From: an uncultured Thermoleophilia bacterium
GTDB taxonomy: Bacteria > Actinomycetota > Thermoleophilia > UBA2241
Assembly: GCA_963715985.1 (NCBI GenBank)
Contig: CAVQSP010000011.1
Coordinates: forward strand, 480,001 to 544,000
DNA: 64,000 bases
Reading direction: 5' to 3'
Positions 49,205-60,631 of this stretch are shown piece after piece (positions within the stretch are counted from its first letter, which is position 1; every line of letters starts with the position of its first letter). The notes below the pieces were generated by a model. The model saw only the letters and a program-made list of their open reading frames with translations, was not told the origin of the DNA and did no database searches. Made by a program: the position numbers and the translations under genes.

Positions 49205-50473
49205 TCAGCCCGTGACGAGGTCCAGCGCGGCCTTGACCACGGCGCTCACCGACTCGCGGTCGCGCAGATGGCAGGCCATGACCGGCACCGCTCCCTCGAG
49301 GCCGAGAGCCTTCGTGATCTGCTTGTGGGTGAGCTCCTCGCCGGGCATGGACATGTAGGTGGCCACGACGAGCGAGGTGTCGCCCAGCGAGCGCACGAAC
49401 TCGAGGTCCTTGAGCGTGGAGCGCAGGCTGTCGAGGTCGTTGGCGTTGGCCAGCAGGACCCAGGCGGAGCTCTCGCCGGCCAGGCGCCGCCAAGCGCTCT
49501 CGGGCGAGCTCGCGGCCGCGGTGAACACGATGACGTCCTCGCTGACGGCCGGTCCGTCGTCTTCGTCGTCGGTCTCCACGCCGAGCGCCAGCTGCCCCGC
49601 GATGACGGGGATCTCGACCTCTTTGTCCTCGACCAGCTCCACGCGCAGCTGCTTGACCACGTTGGAGTCGGTGAGGGTGTTGAGGAAGATCTCGTTGTAG
49701 AGGTCGATGGGGCCGCGGATCGCCACGCTCAGGCCGCGGCCGATATTGTCGATGGCCGGCTCGCTGACGGTGACGAGACCGCCGGAGAACAGGCTGTAGA
49801 TCACCTTGGCGCCGTGGAACCGGTCGAGGCCGCAGTCGCGCAGGATGACGTTGATGTCGGCGCGCCCGTCGATGCGCACGATCACGCGCCACTCCTGGGC
49901 GGTGAGGGAGAGCTCGCCGCGCTCCTCGATGCGCTCGCTGTAGGCCAGATGGGGCACGCGCTCGAGCGAGCCGAGCTGCTCGAAGATGAGCTCCCACTCG
50001 TCGATGCGGCGGCAGCCCTCCATGATCACGTTCTCGACATCCATCTGCACGAGGATGTCCTGGTCGGTGGTCTTCTCGTCGGCGCTGAACTCGAACTCGC
50101 CGTCCAGCCAGCTGAAGAAGTCGAAGGCGGCGTCCTGGATCTGTTCGCGGACCGCCTGCTCAAGGGTGGAGCGGTCGATGGCGCCGCCCTCGAGGAGGAT
50201 GGCGCCGATGCGGGCGCCCTCGCCGGCCTTCTTCTGGGTGGCGAGGGCGGCCTTGAGCTGCTCGCCGCTGATGGCCCCGGACTTCACCAGGCGCTCGCCG
50301 AGAGGCAGGTGCTGCGGCACCGAGTAGGCGTAGTAGATCTGGCCGTTGCGGAAGAAGATCTTGCCCCAGTCCTCCCCACGCCGGATGGTGAGCGCCCCGG
50401 ACTTGGCGCTCATCTTCACCAACTGGAAGATGTTGGGGAGACTGAACTCCTTCAGGTTGCCCTGGAGAAGCAA
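49205..50473 (-). CDS. DUF4388 (PatA_N) protein with tandem MshEN-like motifs and a degenerate small-GTPase-like C-terminus
   Basis: LQGNLKEFSLPNIFQLV...WLDGEFEF...MEGCRRIDEW; LGERLVKSGAIS...LATQ and RIGAILLEGGAID...VREQ; VPVMACHLRDRESV. Confidence 0.8.
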   Translation of the reverse strand: MLLQGNLKEFSLPNIFQLVKMSAKSGALTIRRGEDWGKIFFRNGQIYYAYSVPQHLPLGERLVKSGAISGEQLKAALATQKKAGEGARIGAILLEGGAIDRSTLEQAVREQIQDAAFDFFSWLDGEFEFSADEKTTDQDILVQMDVENVIMEGCRRIDEWELIFEQLGSLERVPHLAYSERIEERGELSLTAQEWRVIVRIDGRADINVILRDCGLDRFHGAKVIYSLFSGGLVTVSEPAIDNIGRGLSVAIRGPIDLYNEIFLNTLTDSNVVKQLRVELVEDKEVEIPVIAGQLALGVETDDEDDGPAVSEDVIVFTAAASSPESAWRRLAGESSAWVLLANANDLDSLRSTLKDLEFVRSLGDTSLVVATYMSMPGEELTHKQITKALGLEGAVPVMACHLRDRESVSAVVKAALDLVTG

Positions 50474-50522
50474 CGGCCACCTCGCTCAGTACGAGCACGG
50501 CCACGACGGCCGTCCGTCTCCA

Positions 50523-50549
50523 TCATCGGCAACGGTCCGCGAATCTTCA
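50523..50549 (-). promoter_or_regulatory. sigma28-like promoter of the DUF4388 gene
   Basis: TGAA-N15-GCCGATGA on minus, 50 nt upstream of start. Confidence 0.55.
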
Positions 50550-51929
50550 TACCTTGGCAGGGCTGACGTCCAGCCCGGCCTCCTCGACCTCCGCGAGGTC
50601 GATGGTCTCGGCGAGCGCCTCGGCCGGCGCCGGCTCGTCGGGCAGGCACGCCGGGCCCTCGCACGAGCCCTCCTGGAGCCTGCGGCGCCGCAGCGAAGGA
50701 TACGCCGCGGCGGCGGTGGCTATGGTGGCGAAGCCGCCGATAGCCACCGCCCAGCGCACCCCCAGCCCGCGCACGAGCAGGCCGGTGATCGGCCCGCCGA
50801 TGGGCGTGCTGCCGAGGAACACCACCGCCCACAGCGCCATCACGCGCCCACGCATCGCCTGCCCGGCGTTGAGCTGCAGCAGCGAGTTGGTGGTGCCGTT
50901 GAACAGCATGGCCGAGCCGCCGATGCCGACGAGCAGCACGGCGGCGGCCACGTACCCCGGTGCCACGGCGAGCAGCAGGGCGCCGGCGCCGAAGGCGAAG
51001 GTGCTGGCCACGAGCAGCCGGGTGGAGGGCCTGGCCCGGCCGGCCATGAGCAGGGCGCCGATGAGGGCGCCGGCGCCCATGGCCGCGGAGAGGGCGCCGT
51101 AGGCGCCGCCGCCGCGGCCGAACACCGACTTGGTCATGAGCGGCAGCACGACGGAGTAGTTGTAGGCGAGCGTGCTGACCACGGCCATCATCACGAGCGG
51201 AGTGCGCAGCTCCGGCGTGCGCCACACGTAGCGCAGCCCCTCGCGCACCTGGCCGCGCTTGCGAGCCACCGGCTTGCTGCGGAACAGCTCGGTGGTCCGC
51301 ATGAGGAACAGGGCGGCGATGACGGCGAGAAACGACGCCGCGTTGAAGAGGAAGCACGGCGCCACCCCGACGCCGGCGATGAGCACGCCGCCTATCGCCG
51401 GCCCGACGATGCGCGACGAGTTGATGATCACGCCGTTCAGCCCCACGGCGTTGGCGAGGTCGTCCGGCCCCACCATCTCGTACACGAAGCTCTGGCGCGA
51501 CGGCATGTCGAGCGCCACGGCCGTCCCCGTGAGGCCGGCCAGCACCCAGATCATCCACACGGTGACGACGTCGGCAAGGGTGAGCACGCCGAGGACGAGC
51601 GCCAGCGCCGCGGCAGCCGACTGGGTGGCGATGAGCAGCTTGCGCTTGTCCACACGATCGGCCAGGGCGCCGGCCCAGGCGCCGAGCACGAGGACCGGCC
51701 CGAACTGCAGGCCGACCGTGACGCCCAGGGCCACGCTGCTGCCGGTGAGCTGCAGCACGAGCCAGTTCTGGGCCAGCGACTGCATCCAGGTGCCGCTCAT
51801 GGAGACGACCTGGCTGAAGAAGAAGAGCCGGTAGTTGTAGATGCGCAGCGAGCGGAAGGTGCGCCGGGCGATGCCTCGCCGCGCCGCGGGGGCCGGTGCC
51901 GGGGGAGTGTCCGGGTGCGTGCGGGTCAC
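50547..51929 (-). CDS. MFS transporter (MFS_3-like)
   Basis: FRSLRIYNYRLFF...GTWMQ, GALADRVDKR, MRGRVMAL. Confidence 0.9.
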   Translation of the reverse strand: MTRTHPDTPPAPAPAARRGIARRTFRSLRIYNYRLFFFSQVVSMSGTWMQSLAQNWLVLQLTGSSVALGVTVGLQFGPVLVLGAWAGALADRVDKRKLLIATQSAAAALALVLGVLTLADVVTVWMIWVLAGLTGTAVALDMPSRQSFVYEMVGPDDLANAVGLNGVIINSSRIVGPAIGGVLIAGVGVAPCFLFNAASFLAVIAALFLMRTTELFRSKPVARKRGQVREGLRYVWRTPELRTPLVMMAVVSTLAYNYSVVLPLMTKSVFGRGGGAYGALSAAMGAGALIGALLMAGRARPSTRLLVASTFAFGAGALLLAVAPGYVAAAVLLVGIGGSAMLFNGTTNSLLQLNAGQAMRGRVMALWAVVFLGSTPIGGPITGLLVRGLGVRWAVAIGGFATIATAAAAYPSLRRRRLQEGSCEGPACLPDEPAPAEALAETIDLAEVEEAGLDVSPAKV

Positions 51930-52184
51930 GCGCGACGCAGGTACGCCAGGCCGGCCCGGGAGACCACCCGGCCGCGAGCGCCGCTCGCCTCAGCGGCCGT
52001 GCGCGAGCCCAGCGGAGCCAAGTCGTTGGGCACGAGCCTGGACTGCTTCGCGGTGCGGGCCACGGCGGCCACCTCCGGCTGCGACTGTGAGGCGCCGCGC
52101 GACCGCGCGGCGTGCAGGCCGAGTCTACGCCACCCGCAAACGGGGTACAGCCAGAGCGCACGCGAGTCCTCGCGGAGGTCGCAG

Positions 52185-52568
52185 ATGGCGGTGAAGAACG
52201 AAGCTCTGTTGCCGCTGTTCGCGCGCCTGAAGACGCTGCTCGAGCCCTACGCGGAGCTGCTGGTGGTGCGGCGGGACGAGCCCGGCTACTACGACCTCTG
52301 GTCCGAGAAGGAGATCGAGCTCGCCGGGCGCCGGCGGCCGGACGTCTTCTTCGCGGGCCTCATCATCCAGAAGAGCTACGTGGGCTTCTACTTCATGCCG
52401 CTGTACGCGGATGGAGACCTCGCGGCGGTCTTCGGGCCGGACCTCCTGGCGACCCTGAAGGGGAAGACCTGCTTCCACCTCAAGACCCTGACGCCGGCGC
52501 TGGAGGAGCAGCTGCAGGCCGCTCTCGCGTCGGGCTACCGGATGTACGAGGAGCGCGGCTGGGTGTGA
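52185..52568 (+). CDS. DUF1801/YdhG-like protein
   Basis: FFAGLIIQKSYVGFYFMPLY...LKGKTCFH...YEERGWV; GGAGG RBS. Confidence 0.7.
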   Translation: MAVKNEALLPLFARLKTLLEPYAELLVVRRDEPGYYDLWSEKEIELAGRRRPDVFFAGLIIQKSYVGFYFMPLYADGDLAAVFGPDLLATLKGKTCFHLKTLTPALEEQLQAALASGYRMYEERGWV

Positions 52569-52717
52569 CGGGGCCGGGGCCGCCCAGCCCGGCCTTGACG
52601 CCTGGCGCCATCGTCCACCCTTGACGCCGGGCCGCAGGGCGGCGAACGTTGCGGGAGCGGACACCAGGCGCCCGGCCCGACCTCCTGCCGCCGGGCGCGC
52701 GTGCGGGAGGGGCATCG

Positions 52718-53715
<998 letters not shown>

Positions 53716-53719
<4 letters not shown>

Positions 53720-54514
53720 CCGAGACGGTGTCGCAGGCGCAGGTCGGCGCATGGCTGCGCGCGTTCGCGGCCGCCGTGGCCGCGCGGCGCGACGAGCTCA
53801 CCGACCTCGACGCCGCCATCGGCGACGCCGACCACGGCATCAACATGGACCGCGGCATGAAGGCGGTCGTGGCGAAGCTGGACGAAACGGGCGGACCGGA
53901 GGCTGCTGCCGGCGGCGGGGCGGCAGCCGATGCCGCGGCCGGCAGGGCGGCTGACGGGGCGGCCGGCGGCGGCGTCGGCGCCCTGCTCAAGACCGTGGGC
54001 ATGACGCTCGTCTCCACGGTGGGCGGCGCAGCCGGGCCGCTGTACGGGACCTTCTTCCTGCGCATGGCGACCGCCGCCGGCGAGCGGGAGGAACTGACGA
54101 CTGCGGAGCTCGCGGACGCGTTCGCGGCGGGCGTGGAGGGCGTGCGTGCACGCGGCAAGGCACAGCTCCAGGACAAGACGATGGTGGATGCGCTCGTGCC
54201 GGCCGCAGAGGCGCTCGCCGCGACCGCAGCGGCCGGCCACACGCCGGCAGCTGCGGTCGCGGCGGCGAGAGACGCGGCGGAGCAGGGCATGCTGGCCACC
54301 GTCCCGCTGGTCGCGCGCAAGGGCCGCGCCAGCTACCTCGGCGAGCGCAGCGCCGGGCACCAGGACCCCGGCGCCACGTCGTCGTGGCTGCTGGTCGCGG
54401 CGGCGGCCGACGTGCTGGCCGGCCATGCGCGACACGCCGGCCGGCGGAGCGGCGGCCGACAGCGCCGGGGCCGGGGCCGCCGGCACGAGAGAGGGCGGTG
54501 CCGGCACGCCGTGA
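53716..54514 (+). CDS. dhaL: dihydroxyacetone kinase ADP-binding subunit (probable indel near 54430)
   Basis: [44 protein letters not shown]; alternate frame stops at 54514 overlapping the next GTG. Confidence 0.9.
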
Positions 54515-57093
54515 TCGGCCTGGCCCTCGTCAGCCACAGCGCCCGGCTCGCGGAGGGCGCCCGGGAGCTCGCCGCGCAGATGGCCGGGCCGGACCTGCGC
54601 ATCGGCGTCGCCGGAGGGCTCGACCGGCCCGGCAACCCGCTGGGCACCGACGCGGCGCTGGTGGCGCGGGTCATCGACGAGGTCTGGTCGGAGGACGGCG
54701 TGCTCGTCCTCATGGACCTGGGCAGCGCCGTCCTTGCGGCAGAGCTGGCGCTGGAGCTGCTGCCCGTGGCGCGGCGCGCACGTGTGCTTCTGACGGCGGC
54801 GCCGTTCGTGGAGGGCGCCGTGGCCGCGGCCGTGGCCGCGGCGAGCGGCGCGCCGCTCGAGGACGTGGCCCGCGAGGCGCGCGGCGGACTGGCGGGCAAA
54901 GAGGCTCACCTGGGTGAAGACGCCGACGGTGAGTCCGGCCCCGGCGACGCGGCGCAGGTCGCGACAGGCGTGCCGGCGGCGGGCCCGCAGTCCGCGCCGG
55001 CCGGGAGCCTGCGCCTCACTGTGGATCTGCCGTTCGGGCTGCACGCGCGACCGGCGGCGGCGCTCGTGCGGACCGCGGCCGCCTTCGACGCCGCGGTGAC
55101 GGTCGCCGACGCCACGTGCGGACGCGGACCCGTGAGCGCCCGCAGCCTCAACGCAGTGGCCACGCTGGGCGTGCTGCACGGCCACGAGATCGTCGTGCAG
55201 GCCGGCGGACCGCAGGCAGTCGAGGCGCTCGCCGCCATCAGACGCCTCGCCGACGAGCGCTTCGGAGAGACGGCGGCGCCGGCCTCGCCTCCGTCCGGCG
55301 CCGCCGGCGCACCTGCCAACGAGAGTGCGCCGCCGGCGAGCACAGACGCGGCGGCCGCGCGCACCAACGAGGCCCCTGCGCCCGGCACGGTGCTGCGCGG
55401 CCTTCCGGCGTCGCCCGGCATCGTGGAAGGCGCGGCGCGCAGGCTGCACGCGACGCCGGTCACGGTCCCGAACCTACCGGCCGGCGACCCCGACGAGGAG
55501 CTCGCCGCTCTCGGCCGGGCTCTCGACGTGACGGCGGCGGACGTCCGCCGGAGCCGCGCCGCCGTGGCCCTCCGCGCCACACCCGCCGAGGCGGCGATCT
55601 TCGACGCGCACCTGCTGTTTCTCACGGACGAGGCGCTCCTGGAGCCCGCGCGCAGGTGCGTGCGCGAGGAGGGCGCGACGGCCGCGCGCGCCTGGGCCGA
55701 CGCCGTGGCCGCGGCGGCGGCGCGATGGGACGCGCTGGAGGATCCCTATCAGCGCGCCCGCGCCTCCGACCTGCGCAGCGTGGGCGAGCAGGTGCTTCGC
55801 CACCTCACCGGCACCGCTGCGAAGCTCTGCGTGGCCGGCGAGGGCATCCTGGTCGCGGCCGACCTCTCACCGGCCGAGGCGGCCGCCCTGGACACCGTCA
55901 GCGTTCACGGCGTGGCCTGCGCCTTCGGTGGGTCGACCTCCCACGGCGCCATCCTGGCCCGCTCGCTGGGCATCCCGGCGGTGATGGCGGCCGGCGAGAC
56001 GCTCCTGCGCGTGGAGGAGGGCACCACGCTCATCGTCGACGGCGCGGCCGGCACGGTCACTGCAGATCCGCCGCCGGCCGCCAGGCGGGCGGCGGAGGCG
56101 CGGCGGATCGAGTGGTCCCGGCGCGAGGCTGAGGCCCGCGCGCGGGCCCAGGCTCCCGCCCTCACGCGTGACGGGGTCACACGGGTGGTCGCCGCCAACA
56201 TCGCCCGGCCGGCGGAGGTGGCGGCAGCACTGGCTGCCGGCGCAGACGGCGTCGGGCTGCTGCGCACTGAATTCCTCTTTCTCGACAGTGACCATCTGCC
56301 CACGGAGGAAGAACAGGAGCACGTCTACCGGGAGGTGGCGGTGGCACTTGGCGGGCGCCCGCTGACCCTGCGCACGCTCGACGCGGGCGCCGACAAGCAG
56401 CTCCCCTGCCTTCCCCTGCCCGCCGAGGCCAACCCGTTCCTCGGCGTGCGCGGCATCCGCCTCAGCCTGCGGCAACCAGAGGTCCTCGCGACGCAGCTGC
56501 GGGCGGCGCTCCGCGTGGCCGCCCGCCACCCGCTGCGCGTGATGTTCCCCATGGTGGCGACCGTGGACGAACTGCTGAGGGCCCGTGAGTGCCTGAATGC
56601 CGCGCGAGCGTCGCTGAGCGCGGCCGGCGTTCCGACACCCCCACACGTCGAGGTGGGGATCATGGTGGAGGTGCCGGCCGCCGCCCTGCTCGCCGACGCC
56701 TTTGCGGCGCACGTGGACTTCTTCTCGGTCGGCACCAACGACCTCGCGCAGTACACACTCGCCGCAGACCGTGGCAACGCCGAACTGGGCGCGCTCGCAG
56801 ACGCGCTCCACCCGGCGGTGCTGCTGCTCATCGACCGCACGGTGCGCGCGGCCGCGGCCGCGGGGCGCTGGGTCGCCGTATGCGGCGAGCTGGCCGGCGA
56901 CCCGGTGGCGATCCCGGTGCTCCTCGGTCTGGGCATACGCGAGCTCTCGATGGCACCGGGGCGTGTGCCGGCGGCCAAGCAGGTCGTGCGTGAGACTTCG
57001 CTGGCTGCGGCGGCGGTGCTCGCCCAGGCGGCGCTGGCGACGGAGTCCGCAGAACAGGTGCGACGGCTGGTGGCGTCTGGCGCTCAACGCTGA
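54511..57093 (+). CDS. multiphosphoryl transfer protein DhaM-HPr-Enzyme I
   Basis: LVSHS and DLGSA (DhaM/EIIA), GLHARPAA (HPr), STSHGAIL, GLLRTEF, NPFLGVRGIR, GTNDL, VCGE (EI). Confidence 0.93.
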   Translation: MIGLALVSHSARLAEGARELAAQMAGPDLRIGVAGGLDRPGNPLGTDAALVARVIDEVWSEDGVLVLMDLGSAVLAAELALELLPVARRARVLLTAAPFVEGAVAAAVAAASGAPLEDVAREARGGLAGKEAHLGEDADGESGPGDAAQVATGVPAAGPQSAPAGSLRLTVDLPFGLHARPAAALVRTAAAFDAAVTVADATCGRGPVSARSLNAVATLGVLHGHEIVVQAGGPQAVEALAAIRRLADERFGETAAPASPPSGAAGAPANESAPPASTDAAAARTNEAPAPGTVLRGLPASPGIVEGAARRLHATPVTVPNLPAGDPDEELAALGRALDVTAADVRRSRAAVALRATPAEAAIFDAHLLFLTDEALLEPARRCVREEGATAARAWADAVAAAAARWDALEDPYQRARASDLRSVGEQVLRHLTGTAAKLCVAGEGILVAADLSPAEAAALDTVSVHGVACAFGGSTSHGAILARSLGIPAVMAAGETLLRVEEGTTLIVDGAAGTVTADPPPAARRAAEARRIEWSRREAEARARAQAPALTRDGVTRVVAANIARPAEVAAALAAGADGVGLLRTEFLFLDSDHLPTEEEQEHVYREVAVALGGRPLTLRTLDAGADKQLPCLPLPAEANPFLGVRGIRLSLRQPEVLATQLRAALRVAARHPLRVMFPMVATVDELLRARECLNAARASLSAAGVPTPPHVEVGIMVEVPAAALLADAFAAHVDFFSVGTNDLAQYTLAADRGNAELGALADALHPAVLLLIDRTVRAAAAAGRWVAVCGELAGDPVAIPVLLGLGIRELSMAPGRVPAAKQVVRETSLAAAAVLAQAALATESAEQVRRLVASGAQR

Positions 57094-57163
57094 ACGGCAG
57101 CGGCGCGCCGGTAGATGCCTGCCGCGCCACCGCGCCGGCCGGGTCCGCCTGCGCTCCCGCTCG

Positions 57164-58261
57164 TTACCCTCGGGCCCCTGCCGGTGCCCCGTCCGGCCCG
57201 GCCGCCAGGGCGGCGTGATCAGCGACCGCCGCGGCCGTGCGCCGGATGAGCTCCAGGTTGGCGTCCAGCTTCATCATGCCGCCCACCGCGAGCGTGACCA
57301 CCATCGCCTCGAACGGATAGGCGAGATGCGCCCGGAACCTGTTCACAAGTATCTGCGGAGCGGGCGCCGACACGCCGTGCTCCACCAGCGCCTCCCGGTA
57401 CCGCGCCAGAAGCCGCGCCTCGTGCTCGCGCCGCGTCTCGGGCAGCAGCGCCGTGCTGAGGAAGTACGCGACGTCGCTCACGCCCTCGCCGGCCCGCACC
57501 AGGTGCCAGTCCAGCAGGCCGGGGCGCCCGCCGCGCCAGAAGAAGTTGCCGGGATGCACGTCGTGGTGGATGAGCGTGCGTGGGCCCGCGGTGAGGAAGC
57601 GCATCCAGCGGCGGCGGTGGTGCGCGTACTCCAGGGCGGGGCCGTGCAGCGCCGCAGGAACGACCTCACCGGCGCGCGCCAGGCCCCTCCGCATCAGGGG
57701 CACGGCCAGCGCCGACCCCAGCGCGTCCTCGGTGCGGCGCACGGGCCCTGCCAGCCAGCCGTACTCCCGCGCCAGGGAGGGATGCTCCCAGAGAAGGGCG
57801 TGAAGGCGGGCCAGCTCGTCAATGGCCAGGCCCGCCTGCTCCGCCGTCCACGCGTCGCCGGGAGCGCCGGCCACGGCGCCGCTCTCGGTCACGTCCTCCA
57901 GCACCAGCGTGGATCCCCACCCCAGGCGCACCTGGCCGGCGAGCACCGAAGGGTGGAGCACGGGGACCACCCGCGCGACCTCGCGGTAGAAGCGCGCCTC
58001 CGCCTGCAGCAGGCGCGGCAGCATGGTGATCCACCGCGCCTTCCACGAGAGCGACGGCAGCTTGGCGAACCAGCGGTGAGGGAAGCCGGGGGCGTCGTGC
58101 TCGACGGCGATGCGGACGCGCGTGGTGGTGCCCACGTCCACGGAGAGCACCTGGGCCTGCGAGACGGTCGCACCCGGCTGGTGGTGAGAGACGATGCGCT
58201 GCGCCCAGGCGACTGTGACGTCGTCCGGGTGGCGCGCGAGGACTATGCCGGTTGAGACCAT
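57164..58261 (-). CDS. APH/EcKL-like phosphotransferase
   Basis: EARFY, LVLEDV, LARLHA, TLIHHDVHPGNFF, LLDW. Confidence 0.85.
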   Translation of the reverse strand: MVSTGIVLARHPDDVTVAWAQRIVSHHQPGATVSQAQVLSVDVGTTTRVRIAVEHDAPGFPHRWFAKLPSLSWKARWITMLPRLLQAEARFYREVARVVPVLHPSVLAGQVRLGWGSTLVLEDVTESGAVAGAPGDAWTAEQAGLAIDELARLHALLWEHPSLAREYGWLAGPVRRTEDALGSALAVPLMRRGLARAGEVVPAALHGPALEYAHHRRRWMRFLTAGPRTLIHHDVHPGNFFWRGGRPGLLDWHLVRAGEGVSDVAYFLSTALLPETRREHEARLLARYREALVEHGVSAPAPQILVNRFRAHLAYPFEAMVVTLAVGGMMKLDANLELIRRTAAAVADHAALAAGPDGAPAGARG

Positions 58262-58384
58262 GAGGCAGCTCGCTTCACTCGCCCGCGGGTCCCTCCCTTC
58301 CTATCACACGCCCCGCATGGGCACCACGTCCTTGCACGCCGGCCGACGCATCGCGTCAGCGAGCGTCTGACCTATACTCTCGCC

Positions 58385-60346
58385 ATGCCCGGCCGCGCAT
58401 CCCCAGAGGACGCCTCCTTTGACGGCCACGTCGCGGTGGCCGGTCCGCGCGTCGTCCTCGTCAACCTGCCGTTCGCCGGGTACCGCCAGCCCTCGCTGGC
58501 GCTCGGGCTTCTCAAGGCTGAACTGGAGCAGCTGGGTGCCGAGGTGACTGTCATCGACGCCACCCTCACCTTCGCTGAGATGATAACCCCCGAGGTCTAC
58601 GACGCCGTCGCCGGCTGGCCCGCGCAGGACCTGCTCGGCGACCGCGTGTTCGCGGCGCTTCGCGCACGGCCGCCGTTGCCGCACGACGACGAGTACGAGC
58701 AGCTCATCCTCGGGGGCGGCGAGCCGGCGCACGACATCCCGCACTTCGGCAAGCCGCCGCTCACACCGCAGCTGCGCGCCGGCCTGCGGGAGGCGCGCCG
58801 GAGGGCCGCCGACCTGTTCGACGTCTGCCTCGCGGAGATCACGGAGCTGCAGCCGCAGGTGGTCGGCCTCACGACGACCTTCAGCCAGGTCTCCGCATCG
58901 CTCGCCTTGGCGGAGCGCGTCAAGGCGGCAGTGCCCGAGGCATGGACCGTCCTGGGAGGCGCCGGCTGCCGCGGCGAGATGGGCGCCGAGGTGCTGCGCC
59001 GCTTCCCCTTCGTCGACCAGGTGGTGGACGGTGAGGGCGAGCGAGCGCTGCCGCAGATCGTGCTGCGCCGCGCGAGGCTCGGCAGCGTCGGCGCGACCGG
59101 CGGCGGCGGCGCGGCCGACGACGCGGTCGCAGGCACAGCGGCCGGCCGCACCCCGGCGGGAGCGCCCGTCGACCTCGACGCCCTGACGTACCCGGACTTC
59201 AGCGACTACTTCGCCCGCCTGGCCGCAAGCCCCCTGGTGGGCACCTTCGTGCCGCGCCTGCCCATGGAGACGTCACGCGGCTGCTGGTGGGGCGAGAAGC
59301 GGCGCTGCACGTTCTGTGGCCAGGCCAGTGAGGTCCTCGCCTACCGGCAGAAGAGCCCGGAGCGCGCCCTCGACGAGCTGCAACACCTCATCCGCGTGCA
59401 TCCCGGCTGCCCCGTCTTCTTCACCGACGAGATCGCGCCGCGCGACGCCTTCGACACGTTCATCCCACGACTCGGCGCCCGCGCGCCCGGCCTCGAGGTC
59501 GTGTACTTTGAGGTGCGGCCCGACCTGCGGCGCGAGCACCTCGCACAGCTCGCGGCCGCCGGCATCCGCCGCCTGGAGACCGGCATCGAGAGCCTCAGCA
59601 CGTCCGTCCTCAGGCTCATGCGCAAAGGCACCACAGCGCTGCAGGGCGTGCAGTTCCTCAAGTGGGCCCGCGAGGAAGGACTGGACGTGGTCTGGAACCT
59701 CATCTGGGGCATCCCGGGTGAGGACCCACATGAGTACGAGCGCATGGCGCGCATGGTCCCACTGCTGACCCACCTGCAGCCGCCCAACACGGTGGGCGAG
59801 TTCCGCCTGGACCGCTTCTCGCCGATCTTCGACGACCCGGCGCACTTCGGCGTCACCGATGTGCACGCGATCCCCGCCTATCGCCACGTCTACGACCTGC
59901 CCGGCGAAGCGCTCGATCGGCTGGCCTACTTCTTCTCCTTCGAGTGCAAGCGCCCGGCGCCGGTGGTGGAGTACACGAAGGATCTCGCGGCGGCGATCGT
60001 GGCGTGGAAGGCCGGCGCCGCCGGCGCCGGCCTCTGGTACACCGACGACGGCGAGAGCCTGACGGTCGACGACGAGCGTCCGGGCTTCGCCTCCGACGAG
60101 TACACGGTGCTGACCGGCGCGCATCGGGCGGCGTACCTGAGCGCGGATACCGTCAAGACCGCCGAGGCGCTGCGCGCGGCGGTCGCGCAGGCGGAGCGGC
60201 GCGCGGTCTCCGCGGACGAGCTCGCGGAGACGCTCGCGCCGCTCCTCGACCAGGGCCTGATGCTGCAGGACGGCGAGCGGTATCTGAGCCTCGCCGTCTG
60301 CGCACGCTCAGGCTTGACGACGCTGCACATGCCGGGACAGCAGTAG
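58385..60346 (+). CDS. RiPP-maturation-type B12-binding radical SAM protein (TIGR03975-like)
   Basis: VLVNLPFA..PSLALGLLKA, ETSRGCWWGEKRRCTFCG (CX7CX2C), GIESLS, WNLIWGIPGE, RLDRFSP; TATACT 6 nt before ATG suggests a leaderless mRNA. Confidence 0.85.
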   Translation: MPGRASPEDASFDGHVAVAGPRVVLVNLPFAGYRQPSLALGLLKAELEQLGAEVTVIDATLTFAEMITPEVYDAVAGWPAQDLLGDRVFAALRARPPLPHDDEYEQLILGGGEPAHDIPHFGKPPLTPQLRAGLREARRRAADLFDVCLAEITELQPQVVGLTTTFSQVSASLALAERVKAAVPEAWTVLGGAGCRGEMGAEVLRRFPFVDQVVDGEGERALPQIVLRRARLGSVGATGGGGAADDAVAGTAAGRTPAGAPVDLDALTYPDFSDYFARLAASPLVGTFVPRLPMETSRGCWWGEKRRCTFCGQASEVLAYRQKSPERALDELQHLIRVHPGCPVFFTDEIAPRDAFDTFIPRLGARAPGLEVVYFEVRPDLRREHLAQLAAAGIRRLETGIESLSTSVLRLMRKGTTALQGVQFLKWAREEGLDVVWNLIWGIPGEDPHEYERMARMVPLLTHLQPPNTVGEFRLDRFSPIFDDPAHFGVTDVHAIPAYRHVYDLPGEALDRLAYFFSFECKRPAPVVEYTKDLAAAIVAWKAGAAGAGLWYTDDGESLTVDDERPGFASDEYTVLTGAHRAAYLSADTVKTAEALRAAVAQAERRAVSADELAETLAPLLDQGLMLQDGERYLSLAVCARSGLTTLHMPGQQ

Positions 60347-60631
60347 CGCCGGCCACCCACGCGCGACTGGCATTCCAGCCGTCGGCGCGCTCGGCGCTGA
60401 GATGTTTGCGTGGCGAGCCGAGGCGCGAGACACTCGTGACTCGCGAACGACGGGGTGGGCGCCGGCAGCTGCCGAGGACCGCCGCCGCTCTCGCACCGCA
60501 CGCCGGCCGCCGTCGGGAAGGTCCTGACACGGGCTGCCGTGGAGTCGCCGGACCGCCGTGTCGTGGAGAAGGCGGGTCCGGCCCGCACGGCACGTCCTGC
60601 CGCACAACGCTCGGCCAGAAGGAGCACCGCG

